From Candidatus Saccharimonadales bacterium (lineage in GTDB: Bacteria; Patescibacteriota; Saccharimonadia; Saccharimonadales; JAGPDM01), in contig JBGAVT010000003.1 of NCBI GenBank assembly GCA_044227985.1, forward strand, positions 20,250 to 84,249: 64,000 nt of DNA, read 5' to 3'. Shown piece by piece: positions 57,332 through 64,000 of the stretch. The notes under the pieces are model-generated. The model worked only from the letters and a program-made list of their open reading frames with translations. It did not search any database and had not been told where the DNA came from. Made by a program: the position numbers and the translations under genes. Numbering within the stretch: position 1 is the first letter of the stretch; the number at the start of each line of letters is the position of its first letter.

Positions 57332-58975
57332 ATGAGCGCAACTGTTGTAGATCAGCTAGACACAGAATTGACCGATAGGTTGGTGGAGTCTATCAAAAGC
57401 TCGAAAGCTGAAATACTAGACTCAGTCAACTCCCTCTTCGAATCAGATGGGTGTGAAGCTGTTGTTAGAATGCTCAATCCTGGCCTTGCCCTAGATCCTT
57501 TGGATATGGGTGAAGAACTTCCTGGAAGCCTTGTTGTGTTAGACCCAATAGATGACCTTGGAATAGAAGCAACTTTTGCTATTTTCAAGGCATCTGCTCA
57601 AACCACAGAGGAACAGACAAAAAAACCAAAGCGACGAATTTTCAATATAAAATCAAATGATTATGGTCCTGAAGGTAGTCGTAATGATTCTTTTACAGAG
57701 ATTGAAGAGAGCTCCACTTTTGGTGTTTTGATCAGGGGAAATGTATTCTTGCCATTGGTTATTTTCAGCGACGGCCAAACTCTCCCAGAAATTGAGATAA
57801 TAAAATTAGGTACTGACTCAGTCGATCTCGAAGCGGTAGGCGGATCTAGGTCAGTTGAATTACAGCGCGATAAGGTTCTCTTAAGTAAAATTGCAACAGT
57901 AGTTTCTCCAGACAGAAAATCTTTCGATGACAGAGCGGCTATGCTTGCAAATAATGCTGAGCTACGTAGATATGAACCAAATCCACTTTTACTTTCAAAA
58001 GGAAGAAACAATATAGATAGGATGCTCGAGCGAGCGACGTTTGATTTTGGAAACAACGAATTGGTTACAAGATGCCTAGACTTGCTGGAAGCTGAAGAAC
58101 AACTCATTATAGAGGAATCATCTGGTGATTATTGGGAGAGATATCAGGAGATGCTTGAACCACTTGCTTTAATGGCTTTGATATACGAATTTACAGATAC
58201 TGAGCCAACGCCACAACAAGCAGAAATCAACCAAAGAATTATCTCAGCTTATGAAACAATGTTAACAATCGATTTTTATAAAGAACAAATACGGTTTGCA
58301 GACAAGCAACTTAAAAATGATGAGCTTTTAAGAAAAGCAGATAAAAGATTGCGAGATCCGACAAAAGCACTTTTTGACAGATTAGAAGGTATACTACATA
58401 TAAAACAACGCACTCGATCTACACCCAAGATAACTACCGAAGATGTGGTTAAATTTCATGCAGAAAGAATAACTGCCGCAAACGATGAGCCAATAACTTT
58501 AACTGATATATTAAATGTTCTTGATGGAGATAAAAAGCCCGAAGACAGAGTGACGCCTAAAATCGTAAGAGATGCCTTTGTTAGTGAAGACTTCATAAGT
58601 AGTGAAGCTTTGGAGAGGCATGAGAGGATTATGTCTCTCTCAGCTTCGCTTGGGAGATTAGCTGGCGTAGATGGTAGGCCATTGGTTGTAGGAAAGTGGG
58701 AAGGTCATTTACCAGAAGATAACCCACAAGGGACACTTAATTTTCAGTTGTCTCTAAGGCAGTCTGCGGCTGGTTTTCTGGCTGTTTATCATAGTGGATA
58801 CAGTTCAAAAACTGATCCTAAACTAAGTGGTGATCCAGAAAGAGCACTTGAAGTTACACCACGAGGTGTTCGTGCTGGAGAGGTTATGATAAGTTGGTTG
58901 ACTGGAGATCAAGAACGAGAGCCAGGAATTCTGAGACTACTGGAAGAATTTTCGAAGCGTAGTGCTAAAAAATAA
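57332..58975 (+). CDS. large hypothetical protein (547 aa)
   Basis: Long uninterrupted ORF. TGTATAAAT ends 7 nt before the ATG. I recognised no family. Confidence 0.65.
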   Translation: MSATVVDQLDTELTDRLVESIKSSKAEILDSVNSLFESDGCEAVVRMLNPGLALDPLDMGEELPGSLVVLDPIDDLGIEATFAIFKASAQTTEEQTKKPKRRIFNIKSNDYGPEGSRNDSFTEIEESSTFGVLIRGNVFLPLVIFSDGQTLPEIEIIKLGTDSVDLEAVGGSRSVELQRDKVLLSKIATVVSPDRKSFDDRAAMLANNAELRRYEPNPLLLSKGRNNIDRMLERATFDFGNNELVTRCLDLLEAEEQLIIEESSGDYWERYQEMLEPLALMALIYEFTDTEPTPQQAEINQRIISAYETMLTIDFYKEQIRFADKQLKNDELLRKADKRLRDPTKALFDRLEGILHIKQRTRSTPKITTEDVVKFHAERITAANDEPITLTDILNVLDGDKKPEDRVTPKIVRDAFVSEDFISSEALERHERIMSLSASLGRLAGVDGRPLVVGKWEGHLPEDNPQGTLNFQLSLRQSAAGFLAVYHSGYSSKTDPKLSGDPERALEVTPRGVRAGEVMISWLTGDQEREPGILRLLEEFSKRSAKK

Positions 58976-59015
58976 TCTAGTATTAATTAAGCTAGTTTAA
59001 TTAATACAGAAATAT

Positions 59016-59555
59016 TTACTCGAGAATCCAATCTTGTTTAAATGGAGCTAAAGCAATGACTAATGCATCTCTATTGCTCGTGGTTCGAGTAATGTGATTA
59101 TTAGTTGACATGCCTGCGTAACCGTCTAACTTTCCTATATCTTTCTTATTGAGTTTTTCTTCAAGTACTGCGCTTAAATCAAAATCTGCCGTCACATGTT
59201 TGGCGAGATATTCTGGTACAAAATAGCGTGGTGTGCCTGCAGTCCCTTTTTCTCCATTTCTATCACGAACCACCACCCAGTCACTGACAAACCACATATC
59301 ATTAACAAAATACATGCCACCTTCCATGCCAATAGCAAAATCTGCGTCAGAATTGTCGAATACAAATTGAGCACGGTTGTTGGCGCCAAGAATAGATTCA
59401 GCTTCACTCATTGGTTGTTCGTTGACCCCGGACGGTGCGGCGATACCTGAAAAAACGAACTTATGATTAGGGAAAGCAATCGCAAATGCCTGTTGTGCTG
59501 CATCAATCTTAGTCGGATTCTCCGAGCCGACAGCAACTTTTTCTAATATATTCAT
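59016..59555 (-). CDS. inosine/xanthosine triphosphatase (YjjX/DUF84 family non-canonical NTPase)
   Basis: 179 aa: VAVGSENPTKIDAAQQAF...GVNEQPMSEAE...GMEGG. AGGAGA SD upstream. Confidence 0.75.
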   Translation of the reverse strand: MNILEKVAVGSENPTKIDAAQQAFAIAFPNHKFVFSGIAAPSGVNEQPMSEAESILGANNRAQFVFDNSDADFAIGMEGGMYFVNDMWFVSDWVVVRDRNGEKGTAGTPRYFVPEYLAKHVTADFDLSAVLEEKLNKKDIGKLDGYAGMSTNNHITRTTSNRDALVIALAPFKQDWILE

Positions 59556-59792
59556 TTTCTCTCCTGAAGTTAGTTGTTAAATTGTAGCAATTATCAACTT
59601 TGATCGAAAGTCTCCCAAAAATCAGAATATAAGCTATGAAAAAACTAAAAAATGTATTGCATGAATATGGCTCAACTGATAGAATATCTGCTGTTAGATG
59701 AACAAAATTACATGCAAACATGTTGGGGGTGGCGTATTGCTTCCTGTCGGTAGCCTATTTGTTGATGCATCTACAAAAAATCGAGAGTCGCT

Positions 59793-60674
59793 ATGAGTGC
59801 GGCTCTTTTTAATGTAGCTCGATTCTTCGCGAGTGAAGAAGGTCCCCACATCAGCTTAAAAGCTGAGCAGATTGGTAAATTTGGCCCGATTACTTATACC
59901 AATAGTATGCTTTACACGCTAGTTGTTGCTGCATTCATCTTGGTACTTGCCTGGTTTATTGGTCGTAAGGTTACTTTCAAGCCACAAAAAGGTATTGTTC
60001 AGCTTCTAGAAATCCCTGTTGAATTTGTTATAGACATGCTCGAAGGCATCTTCGGTAACCGCAAGCAGGCTGTTAAATTCGCGCCAATTTTCTCTGTTTA
60101 TTTCATCTTCATCATGGTCAGCAATCTTTCTGGGCTTATGCCGTTTGTCGGGCATGGCATCGTAGCAGGAGAGTTTCCTGCTTTTCGTCCTTTTACAGCC
60201 GATTTGAATGGTGTTATTGCAATGGCTATTTTTTCTATAGTCGCAGTACAAGTTCTATCAATTCGTGAGCAAGGTCTTAAGGGGCATATGCAGCATTTCT
60301 TCAGCGACAAACCGAAAAATCCAATTAATTTTTTTGTTGGAATTCTTGAGGTTCTTGGTGAGTTTACACGAATTATTAGTCTTAGCCTTCGACTATTTCT
60401 TAATACAGTTATCGGTGAGATTCTTATCTCTGTTTTCATTTTCATCAGCGGGAATGCTACGCCATTAACTTTAATTGTACTGTTTCTGTTTGAGGGATTA
60501 GTTGCATATATTCAGGCGTATATTTTTACCGTTTTGTCGGCTACCTATCTCGGCCTAGCTGTTGCCCATCATCACGATGAGGAGCACGAAAAGAGCATTA
60601 TCGGCTCTGAGACCGACCCATCACATTTTGTTCACCCAAGCACCGAACTACATGCTAGTAAGGCGCAGAAGTGA
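59793..60674 (+). CDS. atpB: F0F1 ATP synthase subunit a
   Basis: 293 aa polytopic: ...ISLSLRLFLNTVIGEIL (essential Arg helix)...AYIQAYIFTVLSATYL. Carries an unusual ~45-aa His/Glu-rich C-terminal tail. Confidence 0.9.
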   Translation: MSAALFNVARFFASEEGPHISLKAEQIGKFGPITYTNSMLYTLVVAAFILVLAWFIGRKVTFKPQKGIVQLLEIPVEFVIDMLEGIFGNRKQAVKFAPIFSVYFIFIMVSNLSGLMPFVGHGIVAGEFPAFRPFTADLNGVIAMAIFSIVAVQVLSIREQGLKGHMQHFFSDKPKNPINFFVGILEVLGEFTRIISLSLRLFLNTVIGEILISVFIFISGNATPLTLIVLFLFEGLVAYIQAYIFTVLSATYLGLAVAHHHDEEHEKSIIGSETDPSHFVHPSTELHASKAQK

Positions 60675-60714
60675 AGAAGCCAATAAAAGTAACCAAATTA
60701 GGGAAGGAGAAAAT

Positions 60715-60957
60715 ATGGTTTCATTATTAACAACTCTAGCAGCGGTCGAACTGACTGATGCTGGTTTTAAAATGCTCGGAGTAGCTCTCGTGATTTCTTG
60801 CGCATCATTGTCGCTTGGAATGATCGGTGCTAACTACATGAAAGCACTTGGACGAAATCCAGAAGCTGGTAAAGCTGCTGGTTCAATCGTGATCCTAGCT
60901 GCATTCGTAGAAGCGACTGCACTGTTCGCATTGATCGCTGGTGTAATAATCAGCTAG
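60715..60957 (+). CDS. atpE: F0F1 ATP synthase subunit c
   Basis: 80 aa hairpin with loop RNPE and a TM2 carboxylate in AAFVEATALFA. GGAAGGAG SD upstream. The ORF track extends it artificially to 60562. Confidence 0.9.
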   Translation: MVSLLTTLAAVELTDAGFKMLGVALVISCASLSLGMIGANYMKALGRNPEAGKAAGSIVILAAFVEATALFALIAGVIIS

Positions 60958-60978
60958 TACTGAATAATAGGAGAAAAC

Positions 60979-61545
60979 ATGAACGTACCGTTACAATTTT
61001 TACAATTTGCATCTGAAGCAGCTCAACACGGCGAAAAAGCCGAGGAAGCCGGTGGGTTAGCTACCTTTGGTATCGACCCTATCGCAATACTGCTTCAGGG
61101 CGGTGCGTTCGTGGTCCTATTTATTTTATTTCGAAAGTTTGCACTGAAGAAAGTTGTCGGCATTCTCGACGACCGTCACCAGACGATCGAGGAGAGTCTC
61201 GAAAACGCCAAGCAGATAGAAGCCTCATTGAAAAATGCTCAGAAACAACATGAAGAGATGTTGGCTGAATCTCGACGTGAGGCAGACAAAATCATTACTA
61301 GTGCTAAGAATGAAGGTCGTACACTTGTAACTGATAGTGGTAAAAAAGCTGTCGAAAATGCAACTCGCATGGTTCAAGAAGCTCATAACAAAATCGAACA
61401 AGACGTAGCTGATGCTCGTCGAGACCTGCAGAAAGAGGTTAAGACATTGGTTGCTGATGCAACTGAAGCAATTTTGCGTGAAAAGATTGATGATAAATCT
61501 GATAGTGCGCTGATCGATGCGGCCATTAAGGACGCTAGCAAATGA
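60979..61545 (+). CDS. atpF: F0F1 ATP synthase subunit b
   Basis: 188 aa: one N-terminal TM helix, then a long charged helix. Position in the operon supports the call. Confidence 0.85.
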   Translation: MNVPLQFLQFASEAAQHGEKAEEAGGLATFGIDPIAILLQGGAFVVLFILFRKFALKKVVGILDDRHQTIEESLENAKQIEASLKNAQKQHEEMLAESRREADKIITSAKNEGRTLVTDSGKKAVENATRMVQEAHNKIEQDVADARRDLQKEVKTLVADATEAILREKIDDKSDSALIDAAIKDASK

Positions 61546-61919
61546 CCAACAAAGCAATTGCCCGCGGTTTTGTCGCTCGCCTATCTCAGACTAATGAAGC
61601 TGAAGCTGTTAAAGAGCTAGCGGCGCTTGTTATTCTGAATAAGAAAACCAAAGGTATGCAATTTATTATCGAAGAAATCAGAAATGAAATTGATCGAGTT
61701 AATCGTCACGTGATAGCCGATGTCGGTAGTGTTAGAAAAATTTCTGATAAGCAATTGTTTGAAATTGAACAACTTGTCAAGAAAATGACTGAAGCTAAAA
61801 CAGTACAACTCGAAACCTATCTCAACCCGGAATTAATTGGAGGCTTCAAAATCTCTGCACCAAATTTCGAGTATGATGCATCGGTAGCAACTAAGATTAG
61901 ACAACTAAAAGGAGTATAA
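61542..61919 (+). CDS. atpH: F0F1 ATP synthase subunit delta (short, 125 aa)
   Basis: OSCP-like C-terminus ([29 protein letters not shown]). Operon position supports the call. It lacks about 50 N-terminal residues relative to typical delta subunits. Confidence 0.75.
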   Translation: MTNKAIARGFVARLSQTNEAEAVKELAALVILNKKTKGMQFIIEEIRNEIDRVNRHVIADVGSVRKISDKQLFEIEQLVKKMTEAKTVQLETYLNPELIGGFKISAPNFEYDASVATKIRQLKGV

Positions 61920-61920
61920 G

Positions 61921-63465
61921 ATGGCAGGAGTAGATATTTCCCTGAAAGACCTATCAAGTGAACTAAAGGCTGCGATTGATGATTTGCGCGATGCGCCCGA
62001 AGCGACTAAGAACGGAATTGTGACCCGAGTTGGCGACGGAATTGCCTGGATTTTTGGATTAAATGACGCTGGATATAACGAAATGATTGAGATTGAAACG
62101 ACTAAAGGCGACCGAGTTACTGCTTTCGCGCTTAACTTAATGGAAGACGAGATCGGAGCTGTTATTCTCGGCGATGACACTGATGTGGTTTCTGGTGCTA
62201 AAGTTCATATGACTGGTAAAGTTGTTGAAGTACCAGTTGGCCCAGAATTGATTGGTCGCGTGATTGACCCACTTGGTCGTCCACTTGATGGCAAAGGTCC
62301 GATCAAGACAAAGCAGACTGATTTTGTTGAGAAGCTTGCTCCTGGTGTCATGGATCGAAAATCAGTTCATGAACCTGTTATGACCGGTATTATGTCTATC
62401 GATGCCATGATTCCTATCGGTCGTGGTCAGCGTGAGTTGATTATTGGTGATCGTAAAACAGGAAAAACAGCCGTTGCAATCGATACTATGATTAACCAGG
62501 CTCGCCAAGATTCTGATATCGTCAGTATCTATGTAGCAATCGGACAGAAGAACGCTACGGTTGCTCGACTTGTTGAACGACTCCGAAAAGAAGGCGTTAT
62601 GGATAAAGCTATCGTTATCTCGACTTCAGCTTCTGACCCTGCTCCACTCCAGTTCCTCGCTCCGTACGCGGGTGCAACAATTGGTGAATATTTCCGCGAC
62701 AATAAACAGCACGCTTTGATTATTTACGATGATCTTTCAAAGCATGCTGTTGCATATCGTCAGATGTCACTATTACTCCGTCGTCCACCAGGACGTGAGG
62801 CTTACCCGGGTGACGTTTTCTACCTACACTCACGCTTGCTTGAACGTTCAGCCAAGATGAGCGATGAAAAAGGTGCAGGATCATTGACTGCCCTCCCAAT
62901 CATCGAAACTCAGGCTGATGATATCTCGGCTTTCGTTCCAACTAACGTCATCTCTATTACTGATGGACAGATTTTCTTGAAATCTGATCTATTCAACAAA
63001 GGTGTTCGTCCGGCTGTCGACGTTGGTCTATCGGTCTCCCGAGTTGGTGGTGCTGCTCAAAAACCAAACCTTAAGAAGGTTTCAGGGAATATGCGACTTG
63101 AATTGGCGCAGTTCCGTGAACTGGAAGCTTTTTCACAGTTCTCAAGCGATCTTGATGAAGATACCAAGTCAAAGATTGAGCGTGGTAAGCGACTTACTGA
63201 ACTGCTGAAGCAGCCGCAGTATTCACCGCTTAGCCTAGCTGAGCAAGTTGCTATCGTCGTAGCTGCAACTGGTGGAAATTTTGACACTATTCCAGTTGAT
63301 CACATGGTTGAAGCCAAGACGAAATTCGTCAAGCAACTACACAGTGAACACAAAAAACTTGTAACTACACTCAGTAAAGGCGATAAGCCGACACCTGAAG
63401 TAATGACTGAGATAAAATTATTAGCTGATTCAGTCGCAGCTCAATATGAGGACAAGAGCGAATAA
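61921..63465 (+). CDS. atpA: F0F1 ATP synthase subunit alpha
   Basis: 514 aa: GDRKTGKTA Walker [42 protein letters not shown]. Confidence 0.96.
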   Translation: MAGVDISLKDLSSELKAAIDDLRDAPEATKNGIVTRVGDGIAWIFGLNDAGYNEMIEIETTKGDRVTAFALNLMEDEIGAVILGDDTDVVSGAKVHMTGKVVEVPVGPELIGRVIDPLGRPLDGKGPIKTKQTDFVEKLAPGVMDRKSVHEPVMTGIMSIDAMIPIGRGQRELIIGDRKTGKTAVAIDTMINQARQDSDIVSIYVAIGQKNATVARLVERLRKEGVMDKAIVISTSASDPAPLQFLAPYAGATIGEYFRDNKQHALIIYDDLSKHAVAYRQMSLLLRRPPGREAYPGDVFYLHSRLLERSAKMSDEKGAGSLTALPIIETQADDISAFVPTNVISITDGQIFLKSDLFNKGVRPAVDVGLSVSRVGGAAQKPNLKKVSGNMRLELAQFRELEAFSQFSSDLDEDTKSKIERGKRLTELLKQPQYSPLSLAEQVAIVVAATGGNFDTIPVDHMVEAKTKFVKQLHSEHKKLVTTLSKGDKPTPEVMTEIKLLADSVAAQYEDKSE

Positions 63466-63476
63466 CATGGCTAATA

Positions 63477-64000
63477 CTCAGGCGATTCGTCGTCGTATCA
63501 CCAGTACTAAAAACACTCGTCAGATTACAAAGGCGATGGAGCTAGTTAGTGCCAGTAAAATGCGTCGTGCACAAGAATCAGCACTTAAGACTCGTGCCTA
63601 TCGTAATACTGCTCGCCAAATTTTGAAGCGACTTGAAAAACTCAACACTGCTGGAAATGTCTCTAGTAGCTCGCCACTTTTTGATGAGCGTCCAGTCTCT
63701 CAGCGGCTATACATTGTCATCACCAGCGATCGAGGATTGGCTGGTGCCTATAACAATAATGTAATTCGACTATTTAACTCTCAACTTCAGCGAGATGAGA
63801 AGAAAAAAATTTCTTCAAGTGCGATTGTAATTGGTAAAAAAGCAGCAAGCTTCGTCAGTAAGATTGAAAGTGTCAACCTACTCGGTGTCTATACTGACTT
63901 TTCCGATAGGCCAAACATCGAAGATATCAAGCCAATTCTGCAAACTGCAACGAAAGCATTTTTGCCAGATGACAGTTCTAACGACTTACCTCAGGTTGAG
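63477..64000 (+). CDS. atpG: F0F1 ATP synthase subunit gamma, N-terminal part (runs off the window end)
   Basis: My translation from ATG 63477 reads MANTQAIRRRITSTKNTRQITKAMELVSASKMRRAQE..., the canonical gamma N-terminus. Confidence 0.9.

Noticed and set aside
59556-59721. 70-aa minus-strand ORF (59509-59721) upstream of atpB
   Set aside because: It overlaps the start of the YjjX-like gene in another frame. The peptide is Cys/Phe-rich and implausible, and it has no start context.

Overview
This is a gene-dense, moderately AT-rich bacterial chromosomal segment. It uses the standard genetic code: TGA, TAG and TAA all end well-supported genes. Most of it is anabolic or housekeeping. It holds a trpR-like/trpE/trpG/trpD operon, ilvD, and a fragmented suf Fe-S assembly cluster (sufC, sufB, a short sufD-like gene, sufS, sufU). 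It also holds leuB/leuC/leuD and a nearly complete pyrimidine set (pyrH, pyrE, pyrF, pyrD, pyrC, pyrB, carA, carB). Other recognisable genes are tkt, clpB, tgt, xth, ung, two GT4 glycosyltransferases, a GT2-GtrA-GT-C glycosylation module, three type IV pilin-like genes, and the start of the F1Fo ATP synthase operon (atpB-E-F-H-A-G). I recognised no rRNA, tRNA, CRISPR array, transposase or integrase. About 15 lineage-specific or accessory ORFs are wedged between and inside these operons: acidic orphans, two alpha/beta-hydrolase-like proteins, a cytochrome P450, a 2OG-Fe(II) oxygenase-like protein, a methyltransferase-like protein and a histidine phosphatase. Points worth a second look: (1) carA carries an in-frame TAA just ahead of its catalytic His/Glu segment, yet the 3' piece is conserved and still overlaps the carB start. 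(2) The carA leader looks like a pyrBI-type attenuator: consensus promoter, leaderless leader ORF, hairpin plus U-run. (3) About 22 genes have a (TGn)TAnnnT -10 box 6-9 nt from the start codon, implying many leaderless mRNAs alongside SD-led genes. (4) Operators are readable for the TrpR-like repressor, for HrcA (CIRCE on clpB) and for an ArsR regulator. (5) Two further reading-frame lesions exist, in the histidine phosphatase and at the GT-C 5' end. (6) The suf, leu and pyr clusters are interrupted by accessory genes that share an acidic MS-x-[VL]-E-T-type N-terminus. I cannot name a single self-evident novel system. Taxonomy cannot be established from this window. A streamlined Patescibacteria/Saccharibacteria-like genome is only a guess.
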